Of a DNA stretch of 64,000 nt, positions 19,540 to 29,696 are shown piece by piece. A model generated the notes under the pieces. The model did not search any database. It saw only the letters and a list, made by a program, of their open reading frames with translations, and was not told where the DNA came from. Both the position numbers and the translations under genes were made by a program. Source of the stretch: Marinicella sp. (GTDB taxonomy: Bacteria; Pseudomonadota; Gammaproteobacteria; Xanthomonadales; Marinicellaceae); NCBI GenBank assembly GCA_965230295.1, contig OZ246001.1, positions 1,344,001 through 1,408,000 on the forward strand, given 5' to 3'. Position 1 is the stretch's first letter; each line of letters opens with the position of its first letter.

Positions 19540-20955
19540 TTAAACCACCATACCGCAACCATGGCGCCTGAAATCAGCCACGGCCGTGGTGGTGGCTCCT
19601 GCTTGTACGGCATTGACTCCACCAAAATACAGGTTGTGGTTGTGCCATTCACTGTTGATCGGGCATTGTTTGAGGATGGCACTGTGAGCCTCAGCAGCAA
19701 AGCCTGGTTCAATGTCCAAATGACCATTTTCAAAATGCATGCGGGGTGATTCGATGGCATGTTTCAGAATTTTCTCACCATTGACCAAATGATTGATGAC
19801 CTGAAACAAAGCTGATTTGATGCGATTTGAGCCGCCGGTGCCCATGGCATACTGACGTTCGGGATGAATGATGAGGGTCGGCGACATCATGGACCGCAGC
19901 CTTTGGTGTGAATCCCATGCAAAAAAACCTTGTGGGTTGATGTCCTCTTCTCCCAAAAAATTATTCATCATGAAGCCGGTTCCAGGTACCACATGACCAT
20001 TGCCTTCACCATTGGATAATGTCAAGCTGGCTAGGTTACCTTCACTGTCAGCCACACTCATGTGGGTGGTGCCTCTGGACACTTCTGCCATGGGGTTACG
20101 TTTCAAATCATCGGCATGTTGCATGGCTTCCAACACCGCCAATTCATCATAACGTGACTTCAGTCGTTTCAATTGTTCAACAATCAAATGACCGCCACTG
20201 CTGGGTTGTGGATTGGTATACAGCTGATGTCCGTTGATGTTCAGCTGCAAAGGATCCCGAACTTTACATTGGTATTGAGCGAAATCCTCCAGACTCATCA
20301 AGCCATTGGGCTTTCGGCTAATGACATCAGCCAATTGCCCTTGATAAAACCAGTCATGATCTGCATTTGACAGGGTGTCAAGAAATCGTGCCAACTGGAT
20401 ATTCTTCCATACAGAACCGGTGGTGAATCCTCTAAACAAGTCAATGGCTTCAGGGGTGGCTTCAAGAATCGGTTTCAGAATCATCGACACATAAGCCTGC
20501 TGGTGGTTGACTTGTATCCCTTGTTCGGCAGCGATGATCGCTGGATGCGCAATTTGCGTCAAAGGTAATGAACACAGCCGTTGATGGATTTTGAAAATGC
20601 CAGCGGGCACCCCGGGAACAGCTGCTGCAGCATGGCCAATGTGAAATTCTTGTTTGCGGGTACCAAAATCACCCATAATGGGAAAAAAATCCAATTCCTC
20701 CGGATCGATGTTATCTATGGGTTGCAGTGGCGTGTCAGAAAAAAAATCCAACAACTTGGGTGGTTGTTCAGGTCCGGCTGCCAATAAAAATCCACCACCA
20801 CCGGGTGAAGCCAACAACGGCTCTGACACAAATGACATCATCATGGCAGCCAAAATGGCATCGAAAGCGTTGCCGCCTTGACGCAGGATTTGAGCGGCTG
20901 CTTCAGCGGTTTTGGGGTGGCCGGCAGCGATGGCATGTGGGCGCGATAGAGTCAT
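19540..20955 (-). CDS. ggt: Gamma-glutamyltransferase family protein
   Basis: GGNAFDA, SPGGGGF, VPGVPAG, nucleophile GTTHMSVAD, MNNFLG, SMMSPT, GGSNRI. No obvious signal peptide. Confidence 0.88.
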   Translation of the reverse strand: MTLSRPHAIAAGHPKTAEAAAQILRQGGNAFDAILAAMMMSFVSEPLLASPGGGGFLLAAGPEQPPKLLDFFSDTPLQPIDNIDPEELDFFPIMGDFGTRKQEFHIGHAAAAVPGVPAGIFKIHQRLCSLPLTQIAHPAIIAAEQGIQVNHQQAYVSMILKPILEATPEAIDLFRGFTTGSVWKNIQLARFLDTLSNADHDWFYQGQLADVISRKPNGLMSLEDFAQYQCKVRDPLQLNINGHQLYTNPQPSSGGHLIVEQLKRLKSRYDELAVLEAMQHADDLKRNPMAEVSRGTTHMSVADSEGNLASLTLSNGEGNGHVVPGTGFMMNNFLGEEDINPQGFFAWDSHQRLRSMMSPTLIIHPERQYAMGTGGSNRIKSALFQVINHLVNGEKILKHAIESPRMHFENGHLDIEPGFAAEAHSAILKQCPINSEWHNHNLYFGGVNAVQAGATTTAVADFRRHGCGMVV

Positions 20956-21062
20956 TTGGCTTGAATGGTCGTCTAAATTCAAAATGACCATTGTATGTCA
21001 TGCCAAAACCATGTCAAAACAATTATAATAGCCACATCACTAAACCACGATTAATACTGAAA

Positions 21063-22337
21063 ATGGACAACAATCATAACCTGTTTACCCAAGCACAAAA
21101 ATTCATCCCTGGCGGCGTTAATTCGCCAGTCCGGGCATTCAAAGGCGTCGGTGGAGAGCCGCTTTTTATTGCCACAGCCCAAGGACCACGCATGATTGAT
21201 GTCAACGGCAAGTCTTATATTGATTACATCGGTAGCTGGGGGCCGATGATAGCAGGACACAGCAATGAACAGGTGCTGGCAGCTGTTCATGCTGCTGTCG
21301 ATCGAGGTCTGAGTTTTGGCGCACCGGCAGAAGCAGAAGTCACTTTGGCCGAGCAAATTTGTGCCATGATTCCATCGATTGAGCTGGTGAGGATGGTTAA
21401 CTCAGGTACGGAGGCCACCATGAGCGCCATCCGCTTGGCGCGTGGTTTCACTGGCCGCGATAAAATCATTAAATTTGAAGGTTGTTACCACGGTCATGCT
21501 GATTCTTTCTTGGTCAAAGCGGGCAGTGGGGTGTTGACCTTAGGTATTCCTGGCTCCCCTGGTGTACCCGATGCAGTGGCTGATTTGACCTTAACGGTTC
21601 CTTTCAATGATCTGGAAAGCTTAAGCCAGGTGATGACCGAAGTGGGTAATGAAGTGGCAGCCATCATTGTTGAACCCATTGCTGGCAACATGAACATGAT
21701 TGAACCCTTGCCTGGTTATTTGGAAGGCATGCGATCATTGTGTGATGAATATGGTTCTGTGTTGATTTTTGATGAAGTGATGACCGGATTTCGGGTGGCC
21801 AAAGGTGGCGCCCAGGAATTGTATGGCATCAAGCCAGACTTAACTACATTTGGTAAAGTGATCGGTGGCGGCTTACCAGTCGGTGCTTTTGGTGGTCGTC
21901 ACGACATCATGAGTCACATCGCACCCAGTGGTCCGGTATATCAAGCAGGCACTTTATCGGGTAATCCGTTGGCCATGGCAGCTGGATCAGCAATGATGAA
22001 AATCATTTCAGAACCAGATTTTTATACACAGTTAGGCGCTCAGACAAAGCAACTGACCACAGGTTTACAAGCGGTGGCCGATGAGGCTGGCGTGCCATTT
22101 TCAACCTGTCACCAAGGTGGCATGTTCGGTCTGTTCTTCACAGATCAAGCGGTACATCGATTTGAAGATTTGAGCCATTGTGATGAAGATCACTTTAAGC
22201 GATTTTTCCACGCCATGCTGGAAGCCGGGGTTTACCTGGCTCCCTCAGCTTACGAAGCCGGGTTTGTCAGTTCAAAACACACGGATGACATCATTGAACA
22301 AACCCTCGCAGCAGCGAAGGCTGCAATCAGGGCATAA
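21063..22337 (+). CDS. hemL: Glutamate-1-semialdehyde 2,1-aminomutase
   Basis: [50 protein letters not shown]. Confidence 0.97.
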   Translation: MDNNHNLFTQAQKFIPGGVNSPVRAFKGVGGEPLFIATAQGPRMIDVNGKSYIDYIGSWGPMIAGHSNEQVLAAVHAAVDRGLSFGAPAEAEVTLAEQICAMIPSIELVRMVNSGTEATMSAIRLARGFTGRDKIIKFEGCYHGHADSFLVKAGSGVLTLGIPGSPGVPDAVADLTLTVPFNDLESLSQVMTEVGNEVAAIIVEPIAGNMNMIEPLPGYLEGMRSLCDEYGSVLIFDEVMTGFRVAKGGAQELYGIKPDLTTFGKVIGGGLPVGAFGGRHDIMSHIAPSGPVYQAGTLSGNPLAMAAGSAMMKIISEPDFYTQLGAQTKQLTTGLQAVADEAGVPFSTCHQGGMFGLFFTDQAVHRFEDLSHCDEDHFKRFFHAMLEAGVYLAPSAYEAGFVSSKHTDDIIEQTLAAAKAAIRA

Positions 22338-22339
22338 GC

Positions 22340-24235
22340 ATGGAACCTACCGGTTGGGTCAAAGACGTTTACGATTGGATTCAAGCCAACCCCAACTGGA
22401 CAGGTATCCTGATATTTCTGTTTGCCTTCACTGAATCTATCTTACTGGTCGGCATCGTTTTTCCAGGTGCTGCATTTTTGGTCAGCCTCGGTGCTTTGAT
22501 TGGTCTGGGTATTTTGGACTTTTACACCGCCTGGATCTGGGCTTCCATGGGCGGGTTTGTGGGCGACGGGATCAGCTTTTGGATCGGTCATAAATACAAG
22601 CAACGCTTGTTAAAAATGTGGCCAATTTACAAATTTCCCGATTTAATAGCCAAAGGCCAAGACTTTTTTAGGAAATACGGTGGTATCAGTGTTTTTATCG
22701 GCCGTTTTGTAGGTCCGGTCAGGCCCATCATCCCGGCAATTGGCGGCATGATGGGGATGGGCGTTAAACGATACATCATCATCAGCGCGGTGGCTTCCAT
22801 CTTATGGGCACCCTTCTACTTACTACCAGGCATGTTGTTTGGATCGGCCATGGAAACCATGGCCAAAGTGGCTGTGAAAATGTCCGTCCTGGTGGTGGTC
22901 TTGGTGGTACTGGTTTGGGTCGCCTACTGGGTCATCAATATCTTCTATCAGCTGTTGATGCCAAGAACCTATCGCTGGTTAAGTAATTTATTGGCCTGGA
23001 CCCAAAGGCACCCCACTCTAGGGAAATTAACTTCAGGGTTGGTCGATCCCAGACAACCGGAAAAAGGCTCACTGGCGATGTTGGCGGTGCTGTTACTGGC
23101 CTTCTTGGTGGCTGCCATATGGTTTGCTGCGATCAACGACACCTTGGTGCGCTGGAACCAAAGTACGGAATCCTTCTTTTATGCATTCCATAATCCATGG
23201 ACCGTCCTGCCGATGAAATGGTTGTTGTTCCTGGGTCATGACCTGAGTGTGTTACTCATCACTTTAACGGTCGCCCTGTGGTTTTTATACCGCCGCATGA
23301 CTCTGGTGTTGAACCATTGGTTACTGCTGTCGCTGACTGCCTATGTCTTCTCTGTGCTGATCAGCAAGGCAGGACATGAAGAATGGCAGTTCTTGGCTTC
23401 TCATCATGTTTTCTGGTTCACCGCAGTGTCTTGTTTTTGGGCCATTTTGGTGGCAGGTGCCTATCCAATAAAATTCCGCAGCTGGCCTTATGTACTGTCT
23501 GGTGTGTTGATATTACTCCATGCTTTTGCCACCTTGTTTTTCTATCAAATGAACCTGACGATGGTGGTGCTGTCGATCCTGTCAGGCAGCATTTGGTCCA
23601 TGTTGATCGGTATCGCATTTCGCACCCGGAATCGCAAACAATTCCTCGGACTGCCGGTTAAAATCACCTTCATCACAACGGCCATGTTGGCGCCATTGGT
23701 GACCTGGGTCTTTTTTTCCAGTTCCACCGAGGTCACCAAACCTGCCTGGCTACTAGAACAATCCAGTGAAAAAACCACCGGATGGGCCAACACCGGTGAA
23801 CAAGAATTGGACATCACCCTGGTGGCCGAGTTGCCTGTGCTCGAGCAACAATTGAAGGCCACAGGCTGGCAATCCATTCAGCCCAGAACCTGGGGCAATG
23901 TTTACCAAGCACTGCGGGTTGAACCGGAAGCAGCCGAACTGCCATTATTTTCATACGTTCACAGGGGTGAGGTGGAACAGCTGTTGATGAGTAAAACCAC
24001 GGACGATGAATTGATCGCCTTGCGAGTTTGGCATGAACAAACTGCAGCTGATGATCAGTTCAAAGGCACCCTAACCAGACACCTGCGGGACACTGATCTG
24101 TATTTATTTAACCACTGGGGTTTTAAAAATAATGTCAGCGATAAATCCAGCCTCACTGAATCATTGAAAAACAGCCATTTCATCATCGACTTCATGGCAG
24201 ATGATTCTCTGTTAATCAGGCAAAAAAGAAAATGA
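22340..24235 (+). CDS. DedA/VTT-domain membrane protein with degenerate PAP2-like and LssY-C-like regions
   Basis: DedA motifs ESILLVG, GDGISFWIG, GRFVGPVR; multi-TM C-terminal half; LKATGW and ALRVW tail. Confidence 0.8.
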   Translation: MEPTGWVKDVYDWIQANPNWTGILIFLFAFTESILLVGIVFPGAAFLVSLGALIGLGILDFYTAWIWASMGGFVGDGISFWIGHKYKQRLLKMWPIYKFPDLIAKGQDFFRKYGGISVFIGRFVGPVRPIIPAIGGMMGMGVKRYIIISAVASILWAPFYLLPGMLFGSAMETMAKVAVKMSVLVVVLVVLVWVAYWVINIFYQLLMPRTYRWLSNLLAWTQRHPTLGKLTSGLVDPRQPEKGSLAMLAVLLLAFLVAAIWFAAINDTLVRWNQSTESFFYAFHNPWTVLPMKWLLFLGHDLSVLLITLTVALWFLYRRMTLVLNHWLLLSLTAYVFSVLISKAGHEEWQFLASHHVFWFTAVSCFWAILVAGAYPIKFRSWPYVLSGVLILLHAFATLFFYQMNLTMVVLSILSGSIWSMLIGIAFRTRNRKQFLGLPVKITFITTAMLAPLVTWVFFSSSTEVTKPAWLLEQSSEKTTGWANTGEQELDITLVAELPVLEQQLKATGWQSIQPRTWGNVYQALRVEPEAAELPLFSYVHRGEVEQLLMSKTTDDELIALRVWHEQTAADDQFKGTLTRHLRDTDLYLFNHWGFKNNVSDKSSLTESLKNSHFIIDFMADDSLLIRQKRK

Positions 24236-25710
24236 AACTGTTGCTATCCATCCTAATTCTGGCTGCCGCCTCTGTGGCAGTGATTTATACGTTCAGAACA
24301 CCAGCGCCTGAAGTGTTTCATGCTGATTTTGTCGGCAGTGAAGTCTGTGGCGACTGCCATTGGATCAATTATGATGCCTGGAAAAAATCACCACACCACA
24401 ACATTGCGAGGTTACCTGCAAGTGATTCAGTTGTGGGTGATTTCTCAGATGGTGATTACTATTTCCCGCAACAGGATTTAGAAGATGAGAATGAATTGCC
24501 AGCAGCAAAAATGTACCAGCGTGCCGGGGAGTTCTTTATGGCCCTTCGCGACATAGGCACTGACAGTTATTCTGAATTTAAAATAGCCAAAGTGATAGGT
24601 TATCAATACCGACAAACCTATTTAACACAAGAAGAAGGTGGTGTGCTTAGGCGGCTGCCAATCCAATGGTCTGTACCACGTCAGGACTTTTTTGCTTATT
24701 GGAATGAACAAGAACAATCACCACAATCTGTGCATGATTTATGGGAGCAAATGAAGCCCCTGAACTCAGCCTGGAATTTATATTGTGCCAGGTGCCATAC
24801 CACCAACTTACAGGAATACAGCAAAGATCAGGCACACACCCAAGCCAATGTAGAGTGGACAGAAATTGGTGTGGGTTGTGAAGTTTGCCATGGCCCAGGC
24901 AGCAAACATGTGGACTACATGAATGGACACCCCATCAACCGCTTGGCATCATGGTTCGACCAAAACCTGTTTCAAAAGACAGCCCCTTTTATCATCAATG
25001 CCGCCAACCAACAACAAGGCTTTGCCTTGAGTGTGTGTGCCCGTTGCCACGGGGCAGACATATTCCGCAAAAGACAACCTTTGTACCGCAACTACAAACC
25101 AGGGTTTGATGCCAACGGCAACCTCAATGATTTGTCCCCCTATTTTACCGAAGCACCCCTGGAACCTGGCAGAACCTTCCCAACCATCGAGGTCTGGGAA
25201 GACGGCCGACCCAAAGGGCTGGGAACCTTGTTTCGGTCTTTTGCTGATTCCAGCCACTACCAAGCCACTGACATGCGCTGTTATACTTGCCACGACCCGC
25301 ACAACAACAAAAAACCGGCATCTACAGGACTGTTAAGACCAACTTCACAGAGCAATGAGTTTTGTATGAGTTGCCATGCACCAATTGCTGAAAATCCAGA
25401 CGCACATACAAAACACAAAGCGGGCAGTAAAGGCTCCTATTGCTATGATTGTCATATGCCCAAAAACATACTCAATCAAGTCGCCGGCGTGCCGCATTTT
25501 GTTCGCAGCCACAACATGGGATCAATCCCTAATCCCTTGTTATCAAAACGGATGGGCACCTCAAAGTCACCCAATGCCTGCCTTGAATGCCATCAAGACC
25601 AAAGCAACGATTGGGCCATCAATCATTTGCGTGATTGGGGCATGGATAAACACCTGATAGAAACAGATTTACACCTGCAGCGCAACGCCACTTCCGATAC
25701 GGTCCACTGA
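24232..25710 (+). CDS. Membrane-anchored octaheme cytochrome c (c554-like family)
   Basis: Eight CxxCH motifs: CGDCH, CARCH, CEVCH, CARCH, CYTCH, CMSCH, CYDCH, CLECH; GCEVCHGPGS; N-terminal anchor. Confidence 0.9.
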   Translation: MKLLLSILILAAASVAVIYTFRTPAPEVFHADFVGSEVCGDCHWINYDAWKKSPHHNIARLPASDSVVGDFSDGDYYFPQQDLEDENELPAAKMYQRAGEFFMALRDIGTDSYSEFKIAKVIGYQYRQTYLTQEEGGVLRRLPIQWSVPRQDFFAYWNEQEQSPQSVHDLWEQMKPLNSAWNLYCARCHTTNLQEYSKDQAHTQANVEWTEIGVGCEVCHGPGSKHVDYMNGHPINRLASWFDQNLFQKTAPFIINAANQQQGFALSVCARCHGADIFRKRQPLYRNYKPGFDANGNLNDLSPYFTEAPLEPGRTFPTIEVWEDGRPKGLGTLFRSFADSSHYQATDMRCYTCHDPHNNKKPASTGLLRPTSQSNEFCMSCHAPIAENPDAHTKHKAGSKGSYCYDCHMPKNILNQVAGVPHFVRSHNMGSIPNPLLSKRMGTSKSPNACLECHQDQSNDWAINHLRDWGMDKHLIETDLHLQRNATSDTVH

Positions 25711-25715
25711 CCCCT

Positions 25716-26468
25716 TCAACGGGGACTGATGAATTTAACGGTCAAATCTTTTTCAAACACATCCTGGTATCTTTGATAGGGCAGCACTTCAATCTGAGCC
25801 AAAGCCAACATCACTTCTGACGCCAGTTGTTGGTCTATGAAGCAGTCTTCCTGCAACTGGCTTTTAAAAGGTAAACCACCAGGCATTTGTTGGATGTCTA
25901 CGGTGCAAGTGCCCGAAATTTGATTCTCAACCCAGGCATTTTTAAACACCAGTACCATTTGATTCAGGTACCTGGTTAAGGTGGGATTTTCGTTATCCAA
26001 GTATTGCTTTTCGTTGTCGTTGGTGAAGGTGGCATAGAACAGGCTGCGGTAAACTTGATCAGCAAAGATCTGACTAGAAAGTTCTAATTGGTTGGGGTTC
26101 AAAATGACACTGCTGAAGGTCGGCTGCAATCCCAGCGAGTCAGAAATCGTAAGCCGCAAAGTCAATGTCTGGTCATTTTCATACAAGTCTCCTTGTAACA
26201 CATAGCGGATACCAACCAACTGCCAGGCCAACATGTTGTCCACATCTTCCGGTGCATCATAACGGAACGGCATACTGAACAAACCGGTGCTCGACAAAGC
26301 CTGGATGATGTGATTTTCTACTGTTACCGCAGGGCTGAATCCATCACCATGGTAAGTGAATGGTAACGCCACAAACTGAACCGGCTTACTTTGATCTCCC
26401 ACCACCAACAACTCAACCTCTGCTTGTGCAAGCAATGGTAAACACAACATCATAAGGACCCATTTCAT
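25716..26468 (-). CDS. Periplasmic protein: TolB N-terminal-like domain fused to a TolA/TonB C-terminal-like domain
   Basis: Signal peptide AQA-E; VALPF, LSSTGLF, AWQLVG.RYVLQG; then Y...M....KNAW......CTVDI...PGG...LPY....VF......F. Confidence 0.55.
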   Translation of the reverse strand: MKWVLMMLCLPLLAQAEVELLVVGDQSKPVQFVALPFTYHGDGFSPAVTVENHIIQALSSTGLFSMPFRYDAPEDVDNMLAWQLVGIRYVLQGDLYENDQTLTLRLTISDSLGLQPTFSSVILNPNQLELSSQIFADQVYRSLFYATFTNDNEKQYLDNENPTLTRYLNQMVLVFKNAWVENQISGTCTVDIQQMPGGLPFKSQLQEDCFIDQQLASEVMLALAQIEVLPYQRYQDVFEKDLTVKFISPR

Positions 26469-26584
26469 TCCCTCATTTTATCACAGCCTTTAATGACGTA
26501 AGCTGTCTTGGATTATTTGCCGACTGAGCAGCAGAAATCACACATTTCGGGTGATACAATGGGCATTTTTCAAAACTCAACATC

Positions 26585-27439
26585 ATGGTTAGACTCAGAA
26601 TCGGCGGCGTGCCTGAACATTACAACATACCCTGGCACATGGCACGAAAATCAGGGGCCTTACAAGCAGCTGGCATCAAACCGGAATGGACCGACTTTTA
26701 CGAAGGTACCGGCGGTATGATCCAAGCCATCAAGAATGATGAACTTGATGTGGCCATACTGCTGACTGAAGGGGCCATTTCAGGCATATCGAGAAGCGCC
26801 AATTATAAAATTGTGTCTTTTTACACCGATTCACCGATCATCTGGGGCATCCATGTTCCGGCAGAATCTGACATCACCGATGTCAACGAAATCTACCACC
26901 ACCGCTATGCCATCAGCCGTTATGGCTCTGGCTCACACCTGATGCCTTACGTCCATGCCAGACAAAAAAATTGGCCGGTTCATAAACTACAATTCAGGGT
27001 CATTAACAATTTAGATGGCGCCAGAATGGCTTTTCGCGAAGACCAGGCCGATGTGTTTTTCTGGGAAAAGTTCACCACCAAGCCGTACGTTGATAATGGC
27101 GAGTTCAGACGCATTGGCGAATGCCCAACACCATGGTCTTGTTTTGTGGTGGTGGCCAGCCACCAGACCTTAACGTTACATGCTGACAAAGTAAAAGCCT
27201 TGCTTGAGGAAACCTTCAAGCAAGCCCAAAACTTATACAACGATCCTGATCGTGTGGACATCATCTCAAAGCAATTTGATTTACTGCCTGAAGACGTCGA
27301 AGAATGGTTATCATACACCCGATGGGGCCGAAAAATTGAACTGAAAAAGGATGTGTTGGTCGAAACCACTGACACATTGAAAGATTTGGGGCTGGTGTAT
27401 CAAAAATTCGACCCTAAAAATTTATACCATGAATTTTAA
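26585..27439 (+). CDS. Type 2 periplasmic-binding-fold protein (NMT1/SsuA-like) without a signal peptide
   Basis: GGVPEHYNIPW, GTGGM, ISRYGSGSHLM, FFWEKFTTKPY, TPWSCF. Confidence 0.8.
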   Translation: MVRLRIGGVPEHYNIPWHMARKSGALQAAGIKPEWTDFYEGTGGMIQAIKNDELDVAILLTEGAISGISRSANYKIVSFYTDSPIIWGIHVPAESDITDVNEIYHHRYAISRYGSGSHLMPYVHARQKNWPVHKLQFRVINNLDGARMAFREDQADVFFWEKFTTKPYVDNGEFRRIGECPTPWSCFVVVASHQTLTLHADKVKALLEETFKQAQNLYNDPDRVDIISKQFDLLPEDVEEWLSYTRWGRKIELKKDVLVETTDTLKDLGLVYQKFDPKNLYHEF

Positions 27440-27460
27440 TAAGACATAAGGGTCTGAGTC

Positions 27461-28825
27461 ATGACCAAAGGATGGTTGATAAAAACAGCATTGATTTTAT
27501 TAACAGGTCTTTTGATAAGCCATGTATTCTCTTTATGGCCTGAAAGAAAACCAATCGAAGATCGGAGTCAACATAACCTTACCGTCAGCCAGCCTAATTT
27601 AGTTACCTTTCAGAATCCAACATCACGCCGCAAAACCAAACCTGAATCCATTCAACCAAAACAACTGGACTCAGTCGAGTCAGAACCGGTTTCAAACATT
27701 GACACCAATCAATCGACAGAAAACACCCAAGCTTTAAGTTTCCTTGCTGTTTACCGCATGTATCGACAGTGGCGAACATGTCGTGATTTTCATGACATCA
27801 TCAATGACACAGTGGTCTATGATGCCCGCAGTGAACTCGAAAACAGAGCAAGGCGCATCAACAACAAAGCCAACAACGCCCCATCAGAAGTACAAATTGC
27901 TGCCTTACACAACCATGCCATCATGTGTGTTCACATCTTTCAACAAGCCCAAAAAATGGACCTGCCAGATGCAGGGTTGAAGCCTGGTTCATCTTTATCT
28001 GAACCCCACTTAACCAGTAAGCGATTTTTACGTCATTTGCGCCAGTTGAAACCACAAAATGAACAAGAACAGGCCATAGCCAACGTTTTGCAGCTGACCC
28101 ATCAATGGAACGAAGCCTTCAAAACAGTGTTACAAGTGTTGGCCGGGAATGACAGCCAAAACCCGGATTTGATCGCAGCGTTGAATCAAGAGATACAATC
28201 ATTGCGCACAGAACAATTTAAATTGCTCCGACTGCAACAAGGCACCGATAAAAAGGATGAACCCAACGAAGAACTTTTCAAGCTTTTCTTGCAAATTGAG
28301 CAGAAAGAAAAAGAAATGCAGAAACTGTTGGTGGTGGATGAAACACAATTGAAATCTGCTTTGAGTGAATTTTCTGCAAGCAACAACACCTTGTATGATC
28401 AACTGACATCAAATAATCCGGATGTGTTTTACGAAGCACACACCACACTTGAGCGCAGCAGGAACTTGACTGATCTTGGCTTAAATATGCATAAAGAAAA
28501 CGAACTGAGAGAAACGAAAAGACTATTCGTGGAATACGTGCCACCTGAAGATATCTTGCTGCAATCCATGGAGTTCAACGAACCGATATGGCTGCGCTCT
28601 TTAATTCCGTATGCCACCCAATTATACACTTGTGAACTGGGCGCCGATTGTGGCCCTGACAGCGAGTGGATCAAGCACCACTGTTTCAATGGTTTCATGA
28701 CCTTGAATCCAAAAAGTTGTGATTCAGACCTGCAAACCTATTACCAGCAGCACCTGCTCAGTCCCAACCAGTGGCAAGATGTGCAATTGATATTGATGGC
28801 CATCAGGAATCTGTATGAAACTTAA
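27461..28825 (+). CDS. Membrane-anchored Cys-rich hypothetical protein A (coiled-coil insertion)
   Basis: N-terminal TM, low-complexity linker, C-terminal YATQLYTCELGADCGP motif; paralog of 29693-31045. Confidence 0.8.
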   Translation: MTKGWLIKTALILLTGLLISHVFSLWPERKPIEDRSQHNLTVSQPNLVTFQNPTSRRKTKPESIQPKQLDSVESEPVSNIDTNQSTENTQALSFLAVYRMYRQWRTCRDFHDIINDTVVYDARSELENRARRINNKANNAPSEVQIAALHNHAIMCVHIFQQAQKMDLPDAGLKPGSSLSEPHLTSKRFLRHLRQLKPQNEQEQAIANVLQLTHQWNEAFKTVLQVLAGNDSQNPDLIAALNQEIQSLRTEQFKLLRLQQGTDKKDEPNEELFKLFLQIEQKEKEMQKLLVVDETQLKSALSEFSASNNTLYDQLTSNNPDVFYEAHTTLERSRNLTDLGLNMHKENELRETKRLFVEYVPPEDILLQSMEFNEPIWLRSLIPYATQLYTCELGADCGPDSEWIKHHCFNGFMTLNPKSCDSDLQTYYQQHLLSPNQWQDVQLILMAIRNLYET

Positions 28826-29696
28826 ATTGACGATCCCGATAATGACTTTGTTTGGTCTCTGGCTGTTTTGGCTACTGCCAACCGACACTGAACTGTCACA
28901 ACAGCAGCAATCATCCACCCCCAATAAAATCAACCAACAAAAGGCTGAACCCACAACGCCAGAAAAGCCATCTACTACACAAGCTGTGCAGCTGGCCACT
29001 ACTGATAAGCAATTGGAAGCCATTCTTCAGGAGATACTTCCCATGCGCTTCAGCACTGATCCTTATATTGAATTGCATGCGTTAAGACAGGTGCTGTGGG
29101 CTTGTCATAAAGACTCTGAACCGATTGAATTGTTTAAAGTCTATGGTGAAATTCAGCAACCTCAACTCGATTGGCAAAAACGATTACAAGAAGTTTGTCT
29201 GAGTCATCGCCATCAGTATCCAACACTGCTCACTGAAATACCTGAACGCGAATGGCTCGCCAAAATAGAACCCCAAACATCTTTGGGGCACCGCATTAAA
29301 AACAAATCCAGGCTGTTGGACTCCAAAACCAGAAGGCAAGAAAATTTATATTTAATCAAAGCGGGAATCAACACCGAAAACAGTGCGCTGATCTTGAGAA
29401 ACAACCGAATGCTGGAGTACATCATGACCGACCCAACTGATTTTGCTCATGTGATCCAAAGTCAAGACTGGCGATATACCTACCAGGTGGTTGAACTGGC
29501 AACCACTTTGATAGCCTGTCGATATCAAAACGGCTTGGGCTGTGCGCCTGAGTCAGGTTTAATGATCGGCTATTGTGCACGCCGACCGGATTCATGTGGT
29601 TTCGATTTCATCACCTGGTTTCAAAACAATACGTTACCGGGCATGCAACTGGATGTAGAATTGATGCAGCAATATTTATTGGAATCCAATTCATGA
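28815..29696 (+). CDS. Membrane-anchored Cys-rich hypothetical protein B
   Basis: N-terminal TM; FSTDPYIEL; ACRYQNGLGC...CGFDF..WFQ..TLPGMQ.DVE; paralog of 31035-31958. Confidence 0.8.
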   Translation: MKLKLTIPIMTLFGLWLFWLLPTDTELSQQQQSSTPNKINQQKAEPTTPEKPSTTQAVQLATTDKQLEAILQEILPMRFSTDPYIELHALRQVLWACHKDSEPIELFKVYGEIQQPQLDWQKRLQEVCLSHRHQYPTLLTEIPEREWLAKIEPQTSLGHRIKNKSRLLDSKTRRQENLYLIKAGINTENSALILRNNRMLEYIMTDPTDFAHVIQSQDWRYTYQVVELATTLIACRYQNGLGCAPESGLMIGYCARRPDSCGFDFITWFQNNTLPGMQLDVELMQQYLLESNS

